Positions 13,425 through 26,441 of a stretch of DNA of 64,000 bases are shown in pieces. The stretch is from the NCBI GenBank assembly GCA_038496445.1, contig JALMLS010000124.1, forward strand, positions 1-64,000, given 5' to 3'. The notes below the pieces were generated by a model that had not been told where the DNA came from, searched no databases, and worked only from the letters and a program-made list of their open reading frames with translations. The position numbers and the translations under genes were made by a program. Position 1 is the stretch's first letter. Each line of letters opens with the position of its first letter. Source of the stretch: Trichosphaerium sp. ATCC 40318 (taxonomy: Eukaryota > Protista > Tubulinea).

Positions 13425-16400
13425 TTAAAACTCCCACCATTCTAGTAACAAAATAGTCAGAGATAGTGAGGTAAAAACATGTGATTTAAAAAAAATACAA
13501 TCGAAATTGCAAGCTCATTAAAGATGACCTTATAGGTCTTATGTGAGAACACTTACTCTTTTCATACTGTTGTCTTAACTTCTTAGCTACATTAGCAAAG
13601 TCTTCCGCCTGGTGAGCCATCTCAGCAGTCCTGTCTTGTAACTTTTCCAACTAGATAAAAAAACCCCATCAGAAAAAAATTCGAAAAACAAAAAAACCGT
13701 ACAGCTTCACCACGCTCATTGAGCTTCTCTATGTTATCATTCATGAGCTCTTTAGTATCAGATATACCACTTCTAGTTGCTTCCGCTTTTCCTTTTCCTT
13801 TATTGGAACTCCTGTCGGAGCTAGCTTCATTCCCATCTTTACCAAAAAGTTCTTGTCTTTGTTCCTTTTGTGTTGGTTTCTTCGTTTTACCTCTAGAAGA
13901 TAGACTCTCGCTTGATTTTCCCTTTAATAGTTTTCCCGTTCCTCTTGGAGATGTATTTGGGGAACGCGTGCCAGCAACTAAAGTAATTTAATAAAGCTTG
14001 GCCACATACACTTTAAAAGTAATGTTCAGAATAATTTAGTAAATTGGGCTAACTAGTCTCGCTTCCTTGCTCATACAACAAGAATTTGCTTTCAAGGTTG
14101 ATATCAACCTTATTTCAAAGGGGTAACAATACTACAAAATTTCGAAGGAACCCAAGGCGAGAAATTAACTAGTTCTTAGTTTTTACTTGGTTTTTTTGCA
14201 AAGAAAAAAGTGACGTACGAACTGATTTAATATTGTTGATGTGTTTCTGGCTATTTCCTCCAAAAATAGACTTCTTTCTCTTTAAATCTCCGCTGCCTCT
14301 TGGTGAATTATTACTAGGTTTATATACCGATGGTGCAATCAAACTAAAACATACACAAGTTAGACAAAGGAGAAAAAAGTGAGAAAGAAAGAAAAAAATT
14401 AAAGCGTTTGATGTACTTTGATTTGTTTGATTCGAAATTGGCAATACGATATATCTCTCCACTTTCAGACATTAAAAATACGATACCATCAGATGAATGC
14501 ATGTAATGGGTTACTCTTAGGTGTTTCATTAGCGAATGTTGAAAAAAAGTTAAATGAAAAAAAAAAAGACTTCTTATGTCTTACGGTACACGAACACCAA
14601 GTGAATCCAGATCAAGACCAGAAGATAAAGTAACTTCTTCAAGACTCAATAGTTTATGGCAAAACAACTTTCCTTTATCAGAAATCGATAAAACGCAGCA
14701 TTCAACTAATAAAAAAGAGTGTAAATAAATAATAAATAATAAAACACTACAAACTGTTTAATTGCTCGAACATACCTTCTCCTTCACTCATATTAAGATA
14801 CATTACACTATGATAAACCATACAGAACTCAAATGAAACGCTTTTGAAAGAAAAAGAAACATCAGTATAACGCTAATCCAAGACAAACTTCAAAAAAATG
14901 CCAGTAAATAAAATAAGCAATCACTAACCTTGCAATAACACTGAAATCACTCAACCTCAGTAGAGCAATTGTCGACGAACTACCAACACAAACAAACTAT
15001 AGATAAATAGCATTAGTATCATAGTAGAGGAATTAACAACAAAGAAAGTATGATACATACCTGAGACTGATCACAAGTTGTCAAAGTTGGCTTAATATCA
15101 ATAGGTGCTGGAGTCTCAACCTCTTTGCGTGTCTTAGCGCGCTCTCCCTCTTCTTCCTTTGCGTTATCATTATCCTTTGCTTTTTCAGCTACCTTTGATT
15201 CAACTTCCTTCTTCTTTTCATTGGAACTACCTTGCTCCTCTTCTTTTCCTTTTTCTTCTTCCTTCTCCTCCTTCTTTCTTTCAGAACTTTTCTTAACTTC
15301 TTCTGGAGAAGAAGGTGACTTCTTAGCTTCCCCACGAGGCGAACTCTTCTTCTCTTCTCTCCTTGGTGATTTCTTACGTTTCTTCTGCCTAGGTGATGCC
15401 TTATCATCCTTCCAAGGCTTCTTTTTAAGTGATGTAGGCTTTCCACGCTTCTGTAGAATCTCTATTGATAAAATTCCTCCTTGTAGAGTTGAAGGTAGCT
15501 TTTTAGCAGTAGATTTAGATAAATTGACAGCTATGACATCATTGTTTGATATACATGCAAATAACATAACAATAGGCATTCCTATATTCTTGTGAGACGT
15601 AGTTTCTCTATGTGAAAGAGTGCCAGAAGCCTCCTGAGTTTCAGCAACTCGCGCAAAAGAAAGACGCGTGATAGCGCCTTTTGCGAGGCTGTGAGACATC
15701 AACAGTGCGTCCTTGATTGTGGAAGGTTCTGGCTTCATTGTCTTTGATGTATCGAATATCCAGAGCTTTCCATTGGACCCGCCAATAGCAAGTCTAAAGC
15801 AAAACGTCAAAAGGTTTGGAAGAACGGTAAAAAAAAAAAGCTTTCAAAAAAATACCTGGAAAGATCGGACTCGAAGGCTGTCGATGTTATAGATACACCA
15901 AGATTGAAGTGATGAGTGAGCTATAAATATATCAGATATGACATGTGATAAACAGCAAAAAGATTGTTGACTTACTTGAAATCCAGGGAACCATTCGATG
16001 GCTTCATCTTTCTTCTTTTGCTTTTGTTCTACTGGTTTTTTTTCAACAGCTGGAACATTCTCTTTTTTATCCTCAGGTTGAGTTTTTTCTTTATCGCTTG
16101 ATTCTTCCTTTACTTCATCCTTCTTCTTTGAGTTTGTTCTGGTTACTTGTTTGGCTTCTGGCGAAGGTGAAGGTGAAGGGGTTTGATCTTTGTCAACCTC
16201 CTCAGTTTTGTCTTTTGAGGTTGGTGCAGCGTCTTCAGTTTGCTTCTGAGTATCATCTGCTGCTTTATCATCACCTTTCTTCTTTTCATTCGTCGGACTA
16301 GGTGGAGGTGTTGCCTTCTTTTTCTTGGGAACATCAACTGTAAACACCAAAGGCTTTATCTTTCGTTTTAATAGACTTAATAAAAATTAGTATAAGAAAC

Positions 16401-19041
16401 ATTTGGTGTTTCTCTTGAAAGACTAACCTGTATTCATAAAGCATAACATGTCCTTTATCAGTTGATACGATAAGTATTCTTGATTCTGGACAAAAGAAAA
16501 CATCCGTAACAGTGCCTTAACAGAACAAAAATGAGTACGACATCATCCATCAACAAAAAAAAAACAATATTCACATACCAAACGAAGGGTCAACTATTAT
16601 AGAACATAGAAGACACATATAGTTTATAGAAGCATCCCAGCAACAAACTAATCCGTTCTCCTGACTAAACAGAGCATAAGAAACTAAGAGAAAACACAAA
16701 ATAGAAAAGAAAAAATAGCTTACGCTGTCAACATCAACTTCGGTCTCAGACCCTTCACAGTAGCAGGAAACTTTCCTCCTTGTATTGGCCACACGTCCTG
16801 CGAAATAAATTAAGTCTGTAGTTCATTCTAATGGGCATGTTCGTACAGCTGATGACCAGGATATGTTACAAGTTTTCCGAAGATGAACCAACAAAGATTT
16901 GGGACAATCAAAAATTTTTGCTACAGATCTTTAGCTTGAAGGTACTGTTTTGAAGTAAAGTCTAGTGTACGCACCAAATAGCACTTTACTCAAGTGTAAA
17001 AGGAAAGAAGGCGGTGTAGATATCTCAGAGAACCTAGTAATATTTAAAAAATGATCTGGTTGGATTTTGTTAGCAACAAAAAACTTACTTGTGGTCGTGT
17101 TTCTCAGCCACGTGGGAGTTTACATGAAGTGCACCATCGTTTGTGATACTAATAAGTGTACTAGGATCAGCTAAAAAAACATTATTGTATTAGTTGTTGT
17201 GTAGGTAGTAAGTAATACAACTCACATTGAGACTGTGGTTTGGCATAAGCTGGTAGCAAATCAACAACACTAAAAAGCGTTCAGTGTATCATCTTTGACA
17301 TAATACCCAAATAGCTAATTCAACGTACACTTTACTAGGATCACCAAGTTGAAGAGCTGTAGTACTATGTAAAAAAGATATGTTAGATCAAGAGGACAAA
17401 GCAGAAATAAAATTACAAACATACCTGAAAGCATTGTCTTTTTCAATGCAGACGAAAATTCTTGAAGGCTCGTCTACTGGTTGACCACCAAGAACTATAA
17501 AACATTTTGCACGACGAGCGCGTGGTGTACTAACTGTAGTCCAAAAAATTTTCTTAACAGGAGAACGAGGTACAGCCTTATCAGTGACTGTTTGAAAAAA
17601 AAATTAGAGTAATTACTAGTAATTACTAACTACGCGTAAAGAAAGCGCGTAGACAGATAGAACGGTTTTGGAAGAAGTTGAACAAAACTTGCCTTTAAAT
17701 TGACCTATTGGTTTGTTCCCTTTTGATTTCCAAATGATGATATCGCCATTTTGATGACAAGTAGCAAACTTACTACCAGAAGGACTGAAGGGGAAAAATA
17801 AAATAAGAATAATTTTCTAATCATCACGTGATTATCACGTGCCTGTATGTTGCTGTGCAAATAGGCTAAAAAAGAGTTAAAATAAGAAGGGCTTGTCTAA
17901 AGCGTACTGAAGGTAAGTTGTGGGCTTTTAAGACTTTTCTAAGCCTGACATCCCACTCAACGGCATACTTGTTTTCGTACATGATCATCAGTATAGCTTC
18001 ATTGTCTGGACGGACTGCAAAGCCAATAAGGCTTGCAGCAACTGGAACAACGTCACCTTCAAGTCTAAGAGAGAAAAGTTAATGTACAGTCGAGCTTCTT
18101 TTAAGATCATACTTTGTGACGTTTCCGACGTCATGAGGAGAAATCTCATAAGTGGATACCTACGATAGCCTGTTACACAAAACTTTGTTAAAAGATTCGT
18201 GCTTACGTATAACTCTTCAGTACTTATAATTTGAGCGCATCCAGACATAAGACCAACGAATAGATAACCAGCAAGTGGGTAGTACAAAGAAGCTGTAATC
18301 CTAGAAAAAACAGTTATTACTCGCTGTCAAAAGAATCGCAGGTTACTGTATACAGATGAACTTAACATCTGAATACTTGATAGATGTATGAAAATATTTA
18401 TAGCGTCTACCTCAATGAAAGTAGCAGGAAATGATGACCTCTTTTAAAAAAAATTTGAAATAGAAAAAAAACGTGCCTATCAAAGAACTGTTGATGAAAT
18501 ACAACCTTAACTTGTTCGTAATCCCAAATAACAATATCATGGGAATATGCAACACATAAAATATTATTCTATAACATAAAACTGAGATCATAATTCTCGA
18601 AATTTAAAAAAAAAGTACTTGAGCAAAGTGAAGGCCGACTGTTGGTCCTTGAAGCGACACTGGTGGTATTAATAACCTCTCCACTGATGGCTGCCCGTAT
18701 CTATTAGAGTTATTAGCATACTACTAGAGTATTGTATGTTGAGATAGGCATGTTTCAAGCGCGTAAAAAAATATTTAAAATTGAATTCGAAATAAAACCC
18801 GTACAGCTTTACCAAACCAGATGCTTTACTTCCCACAGCTAGTATTTGTTGGTTTGGTTCAAACGCCATACAAGATGGGCTTGACAGTATGCCGTGATGT
18901 CCACCCTTTCACAAACATTAAAATAATGCTTCTACAAGCGTAGTTACGTACTAATCGCACATTCAGATGATCGTTGGTTAACGATCCAGCGTAAATCTCT
19001 TCTTGCTTAATGCCAACAAATTTCTTGAACGCCTCTAGCAT
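13425..19041 (-). CDS. Tomosyn/Lgl/Sro7-family WD40 protein with C-terminal R-SNARE coil
   Basis: N-terminal MAFEPNQQILAVGSK and WD40 exons; C-terminal LMNDNIEKLNERGE.LEKLQDRTAEMAHQAEDF...KKWWEF stop; ATG at 19039-19041. Confidence 0.85.
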
Positions 19042-19433
19042 GACACTTTGTAGAGGTAATGTAAGTGACAAGTAAGAGTAAGATAAAACAAATCAATGAC
19101 GCTACAAAGTGTCACAAGACGCTTTGATAAACGCCAGGACTATAAAAACTGCCAATTTACTGTATCTTACCTCCTTTCAGCGTTTGGCAAGAATTCCGCG
19201 TCTAAATCTTTTGAAGTTGCTCTTCGTTAACTCTCTTTACGCTCAGTGGTTCGTGTCTAGCGTGTTTAAACGAAAAGGGTGCCTTAACGAATAAAATTGT
19301 TAATTTGTTGGAGTTACAGATTTATCGAACGACACCTGCTCGCCGTTTCTGGCTCGATTTGAATGCAACAACTGCGTTTATAAGCTTAAAAACGAAAAAA
19401 AAGCGCACAATCCAGTTTAATTAATTTGGCACG

Positions 19434-22205
19434 ATGAGCAAGCCGAACAAACTCGCTCGCATGATGGCGCGCTCAAGGCCCGGTAGACCGAAGAAAAAGA
19501 AAAAGGCACCTAATTCGACGTACACAGTCGACGATTTAGGCCCTCCAGAGGAGCTTGTAGATGAGGTCAAAGCAATATGGTCTAAGGATATCAGCAATTT
19601 GCCAGTTTATAAAGATCTACCCCGATTGGCCCGTAGAATAGCCGTTCTAGGGTCCCTGGAACCGCGTACGTAAAATGTTTTCACTAATTGGAGTAAACCG
19701 GACTGGTGTGAATGAAACATGTCTATATCGCTACCAATTTATAACAGCGACCTATCTAAATTTCGCTTTAAACGAAGGCCGTTGTCAACTTTATAATTTA
19801 CAACACATAACCCGAGACCGTTCTAACGCCGTTAGTAACACCACAACAGAAGTTGGCTGGCTCCCCTCGCACAGGAACATCGCTTTCTCCAAAAACAAAA
19901 CCACCACCACTACCACCAATACAAAACAGAACAGCAATACCCAAGGATGGTCAAGATAAGATATCGGCTCCTTTTGAGATTTACTTAAATACCGACACAA
20001 TAGAGAGCTATCGGTACACTTTTTTATTACTGCACACGTTACACGCGCATATTAACTCGTTTGGGCCTATTTAGAGCATCACAATGGTCTAAAAACTATG
20101 TCATTTGCAATTTGGTTCTTTTCAAGATAAAAAAGACGTCAACTGTAGCAGTGAGAATATACAGGTCTAAAGAAGATAGTACAGATAAGACATATTGTCA
20201 AGCGAATGTGAACAGATTAGTAGCTGTACAAGATAGTACACGTTACTTTATAATTGAGAGCGTTTACGCTCATAAGCATGAAGGTATACGATTAGTTTTG
20301 CTTTTTGTTTGAAGTTTTTGTAGATCGCTACTTGTACGCGTAAACATTATGTACTACTTGTGTATATCATGATGTGACTGTCTACGCGAATTTTTTTTGA
20401 TTTCTTTCAGAAGCTTAAAAGCATTGAGAGCTCTCTAATAATATTGTTATAGCATTGACGAATGTTGGTTTTGCTTTCTGTACAAGAGAAGAAGCAGTTA
20501 ACTTCAAACAACTTCTGAGCGAGTACACTGAGTCTCAGCAAGGTAATTACACAACCTGGATCAAAACACCACCCATTAACACCTTTATACAGTAATAAGA
20601 GCACCAAAGAACGCTAGGGAAGGTTCAAAACTTGAAGTTAAGGATATAGAAAGCGAAGAGGATGTTGATCCTGGTATTGAGACACTTGTACGTCTAGAGG
20701 AAACACAGCGATAGCTACAAACTATTTTGTAGAGTAGCGATTTGGACCAACTTTTTATTTTCTGACAAAATGTGTCATTGAGCACTAGTTGGCCCAAATA
20801 GCCTTTTTTTTTTTGTAGTATTTTGTAGATTAGTATAATTGACGGTTTTTCTTGCTAGGAATCATTTACAAAGGATGTATTGAAAGAATTGGGACCTTCT
20901 ATGACTAAATCAACACTTAACCAACTCCGAGACTCTGTTGCTAATAGATTGAGGTAATACAATCGTTAATACCTTAAAACAATGCTTATATACCCTTTTA
21001 GTATCATTGGAAGATCAGCGAAGACGACTAAACCGGACGAAGCTTGTACGCCATCTTTTATTTTTCTTTTTTTTGTTTCATTGAATCTTGCGGCTTCTGT
21101 GCCGTTTGTCTATTGTTTCTTTACTGATTATTATTATTAGCTGATTCTCCTGATATGCGTGCAGTAAAGAGAGCTGTTCTAGCAGTAGCTAAGGAGCTTG
21201 AAACTCAAGAAAGATATAATAAAATAAGAGATGAATTTGATCGTGTTATTTCAGAAGGTTATGATGGAGATCTACAGCTGATTGTAGAGCAATTATTCAA
21301 GAACGTGCGTCCACCTAGTTATAACCCTTTTTTTTGTTTCTTCTTCCCCTTTGTTTCGATTCGATTGTACTTAAGGCATTTTTGTTTAGGCTATTGGTAC
21401 AGATAGTAAGACTGCTCGTGTGTTCAAGTCTATCCATCAAAATATCATTTTCGCTTGTGCTTATCAAATAAAGTCTACTGTTACTACTGGGTTTATGACA
21501 GGTGATGTTCGTGGACCTGAAGGATGGTACGTGATTAGTAAATAATATTTTTTGAAAAGACAAGCAGCAAATGGATTTAATTTTCACTTTTTTTCTTTTT
21601 TGCTTTTGTGAGCACTTTTTACAATGACTAAGTGAAAAAACCAATCTGATTTATGGTACTTTAATATGTCGGTAATCAATGAAGTATAAATGAAATTATA
21701 TTTGAAGTGCTGTTTGGTGTGACATTGTCAAAACTTTTTTTTTTTTGATAATTTTTCCTTGACGGATGTTAATTTATTTTTGTAGGCAAATCGCTGTACT
21801 ATTTGCAAGTGATGTTATTTCAATATCCCACAGACGTAGAGAAAAATCTTTAGGAACAAAAGACTCTGATTCCTTCTGGTTTGAATGGGTATGAGACGAA
21901 CCACAACAACAAAATTTTCCTTTGTTTCATTGAAGCGTAAAACAAAACTTTGATTTATTTTTGCGTTTTTGTTGTTTGTTTTGGCCATAATACTACTGTT
22001 GGTGGTGTTATATTATTTGAGGAAATGTACTTTGTTTGTATTAATGTTGTTTTAGGTTCTACACATGACGTTTGATTGTGAAATGAAAGATCTTCAAGGA
22101 ACAGCATTGAAGATTATAGATTTACAGTTTGATGGTAACCCAGATGTTCGTTTTAAAGAGAAGATTACAAATGCTTTTTGTGGTGGTGATTTACTCATTT
22201 CTTGA
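19434..22205 (+). CDS. Multi-exon hypothetical protein with a possible PH-like region and a C-terminal domain resembling that of amoebozoan GlfB-like proteins
   Basis: Spliceable exons run from MSKPNKLARM to ...DVRGPEGW...SHRRREKS...FWFEW...FDCEMKDL...LLIS stop at 22203-22205. The domain assignment is from memory only. Confidence 0.55.
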
Positions 22206-22491
22206 ATGTCTAATAAGAAGAACAAGACAAAGACAAGACAAGGAAAGAAGAAAAAAAGAAAGAAAGAAAAAAAAAACCCAACAAAACAAAAAAAAAAATA
22301 TGGAAAGAGTTGGGTTTTTTTTACAACGTTACACTACTGTAAATATAAAACAAACCTTTTTAGACTTTGTCTCTATATATACTTATATACTTAAAGCCAA
22401 GAATCCAATGAACAACTTGTTATTTTATTGAGAAGACAAGTAGCAGAGGAAAAAGTTTTTTGAAATTAATACTTTTTTTTGGTTTGGAAGT

Positions 22492-24992
22492 CTAATCTTT
22501 TGGTGCCTTGAGACCGTTCTTCTCTGGTTTTAAGAACTCAGATATAATGTTTTCTAGTAAGTCATCAACATCTTTCTTCACTTGAGCGGCATCAGATCCA
22601 CCAAGCTCAACATAGTACTTCAATTTTGGCTCAGTACCACTTCCTGTTTAATTGAATTAGAAAACAGATATTTTGGGTTTTTTTGTTCAATTACCTCTCA
22701 ATGTCACCACAGCACCGTTTTCAAAATAGTATGTAATCATTTGACTACTCTTAGAAACAGGAAGAATAGCTTTATTATCTGGCTGCATAGAATCATAACC
22801 AGTTGTGAGATCTAACAGAAAAAAATGAGAAAAAAAAATCAAGCTATAATGGACACGTACCTCTTATTCCTTTGATTTTGTACTTGCCACAAGATGGATA
22901 ATATTTTCCGTCATTTCTCATATCATTAAATACCTTGGCCATAGTCTCAGATTCGTAACAGAAGAAATAGCGGTTATTCGTTACAAAGTAGCCATAACTA
23001 AACTAACAAGTTAGCAAAATAAATGTTTGAATTAGTTTCTTCAATTTACCGTTGACGAAGTGATTCTAGGTGTCCTTCACATGTTTTGCCAACACGATAT
23101 AACTCATTAGCCATTTCAGTAAATACACAAGCAGCTAGCACACCATCTTTATCGATAACGACATTACCAACCATATAGCCTGTTTGCAAAACAATCAGAA
23201 AAAAACTTATCTAAAAAGTACTAACGCACCAATGGCTTCTTCATAAGCAAGAATGTTTGTGTATCCTTTCTTTTCAAGATCAATAACCTTATTACCAAGC
23301 CATTTAAATCCAGTTAAAGTATCTTGGTAGAATAAGCCCTAAAGAAAGTCGTCAACAGAGGTAACAAAGAAAACTAATTGAAAAAAAAAAAAGCCAAAGT
23401 AGTACCTCTTTTTCAGCCATGGCACCAAGCATCTTTGACGATACTGTCGTATTTAGGATACATAGCTTGTTATTTGGGACATCTGGGTTAGCTTCCTTAT
23501 ATTTTGTAAAAGCCCAGTGAGCCATGAGTATGCCAATTTCATTGCCATGGAAAACCTTCCATTTTCCACTGTTGTAAAAAAACACATTAATACAAGGTTC
23601 GAATTGACATTTTCTGAGTCTTACTCTGGTTGTTTCTCAGCAGCTGCAAGTCTATCTGCGTCAGGATCATTGGCAATGATAACTGTAGATCCATTACTAT
23701 CAGCAGTCTTTATAGCATAGTCCTAACAGGGTATAAGACTCTGAGAAGAAGAAAAAAGAACAAAAAATCAAGAGAAATTACTCACTAAAGCGCCATGTTC
23801 TTCGGGGTTTGGAAAAGCAGCAGTAGGAAACTCAGGGTCTGGACTGATTTGTTCTTTTGTAGGGATGTATGGTTTTAACCCAAATGCATCAAAAGCAGAA
23901 GTTACAAACGGAGCACCAACACCATGCATTGCGGTATATGTCACATTTAATGCAGCTTTACCATTTGCCTCCCTATAATGATATGATCAGTAAAGGACCG
24001 GTAAAAACAACGACAAACATAAAGGTAACGAAGAAAATACAGAAAAGTTCTAATCACGTGATTCACAAGGTGGGCAGGAACTAGTTCTTTTTTTCTGTTT
24101 TTTTTTTTCTAAATCACGTACTTGCAAAAGTTCCAGGAGACAATGTCCTTAAGGTATGATTCAAACACGCTATCCAACTCATCACTGAGGTTACCACTTT
24201 TTAGTAGTGCATCAACATTGATATCCCACGGTTCAAGATTTTTTTCAATGGACGCTGCAATGCCCTTATCATGAGGTGGAATGATTTGACAACCATTTCC
24301 CCAATAGACTTTGTATCCGTTGTCATCTTTAGGATTATGGCTCGCTGTTACGACAATACCAGCAGCACAACCTTTGTGCTTTACACCATAGGCCTTAGTA
24401 CAGTAAGTAACCACAACAAATAGGAAGCAGAAGTTATATGATTTTACGTCATCGAAAAGTGTATGCTACGTACCACTATTGGTGTAGCTGCCAAACGAGA
24501 GAATAGGTAGACTTTGAAATCCCGATGTAAGAAAGTTGCTGCGGCAAGCTCGGCAAAGCGTTTAGAGTTGTAACGACCATCATAGCCGATACAAATACCC
24601 ATTTTACGAGCATTTGGCACTTCTGTCTCTAAATATTTACACAAACCCTTTCAATATCATTAAATTACGCGCAAAGGATGATAAAACGCACTTGAGTTGC
24701 CTGAGTTACAGTAAGTTCGTTCATGTACGCGAAACCAGCTTGCATACGCTGTCTGAGGCCTTAACACGTTAACATGGCTGTCATTGAGTAATTTTTGTGG
24801 TACCAGCGGTACCAAACGCTATTCTTTTAGACAGACGCTTGGATAACTCAGCATAGTTCTTTTGTTCGTTCAACTGCTCAATTTCTAAACGAGTTTTTTC
24901 ATTTTTGTCCCATTTGAGCCAATTGTCATACTGTTCCTTTAGTTTAGCTAAATATATGAGTATTAACACATATAGGTGCTCGAACCTTCCAT
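22492..24992 (-). CDS. PGM2: Phosphoglucomutase-2 / phosphopentomutase
   Basis: [58 protein letters not shown] and [12 protein letters not shown] motifs. Confidence 0.95.
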
Positions 24993-25134
24993 AAGATGTA
25001 TTCTTAGCCTAAACAAGCAAGAAACGTTGGTCCACAAAAGTCTAAGCCGAACGAAAAAACTAATGCACACAAGTTTTGCTATTCTACAAACTACGTTTAT
25101 TTACATCTTATTTACAATCTTCCTTTTTGCGTGT

Positions 25135-25668
25135 TTAACACGTGCGTGAAGTGAGTTTTGGTAGCACTGGTTTCAAACGAAAAGAGGCTGAGTCTAAGTA
25201 CTTTTGGTATTTTGTTTTTGATCTTTGTGGGAAGTTTTCAACTGGAGGGAACGGCCCATTGGCCAAAATCATGTTGTGCGCTTCACGTAAAACATTTTCA
25301 GTCATGTTATCGAAAATTAGGTCTCCGTTCTCGTCTGGTTCCTCTGATACTATGTAATCAGATAGTGCGAAGCTGAGGAGGGTAATTATGTGCTCTTCTG
25401 GGTCACTTATGCAGTTCCACTTTTCTGATTGAGAAGAAGCTACTACGCGAACAACAACCTCTGGTAATGGTGATGGTGGCGTGGAAGGTCTTCTTTGGCG
25501 CTCTTCTGGCTCAGTTCCTTTTATTCTTTCCGTTGCAATTGTGTACTCTTCCTCTGTATTACCGTCTAGTGCTAGTACATTCCCTGCGAATTGCACAGAG
25601 CGCCTTTTTCGTCTTGTAACGCGTTTTGGTTTCGGTTTAAATACTGTTTGTACGATAGTAGTGAGCAT
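25135..25668 (-). CDS. Intronless hypothetical protein with an RVxF-like motif
   Basis: 177-aa ATG-initiated ORF containing KRRSVQF. Confidence 0.55.
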   Translation of the reverse strand: MLTTIVQTVFKPKPKRVTRRKRRSVQFAGNVLALDGNTEEEYTIATERIKGTEPEERQRRPSTPPSPLPEVVVRVVASSQSEKWNCISDPEEHIITLLSFALSDYIVSEEPDENGDLIFDNMTENVLREAHNMILANGPFPPVENFPQRSKTKYQKYLDSASFRLKPVLPKLTSRTC

Positions 25669-26441
25669 TGTGTATAAGTTATGGTTCTCGCGTGAGATGT
25701 GTTGTGTTGAAGTATGGTGTTATTAAATGGTAGTATTTGTATTGCCTTTTTTGGTCGAATATTATATCACCTTTGCCATTTTGGTATGTTGACGCAAGTT
25801 AGCGTGAAAACACAACACATAGTACAATGATACAACTGGCTCTTTGGAATACATTCCATAAAGCAAAAGTTTAGTCTCCTGCGTTTTTTTCAGCGCCGCT
25901 TTATTTAACATTAGAGTAGACGGTATACACTACGCGTGGCGATTAATATGAAGTATTTTTTACATTTCTTTGCGCATTTTTTTTCGTTTTAGAAATTATG
26001 ACTACTCGGTGAGTAAGGTTCACGTATTGGTTTCCATTGTATTTAGTTTCATCCTTCGGACTTGTAGGCAAAAGTAGCTAGTAGATCAGACATAGTATCT
26101 GTTTGTAAATGATTGCATCACAACAAGTGAAAAACGATGTGTTTGCACTGAAAAAGAGGCAAACAATTCGTATCAAGCGTATGAGTGAAATGCGTACACG
26201 TTATTATTCGCTTAAATCCGGTTTTCGTTGAGCGTTTTAGCGCTTGTACTGTACGCAATGATGCTGTTATAGCGTTTACAGGCGTTGAAATACGATTAAG
26301 ACTACACAATCTCCTCGCATTTCTCAAAAAGTACTCTCGTGAAAAAACTACGGCGAGAAACGGAGAATCAAACATCAAATTGATCTGTTTTGTTTGCATC
26401 CTACTGAGTGGGAAAATTTAGCTGATGACGCTATTCGTTTA

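Noticed and set aside
22206-22394. Lys-rich ORFs
   Set aside because: Poly-A-rich 3' UTR sequence between convergent genes.
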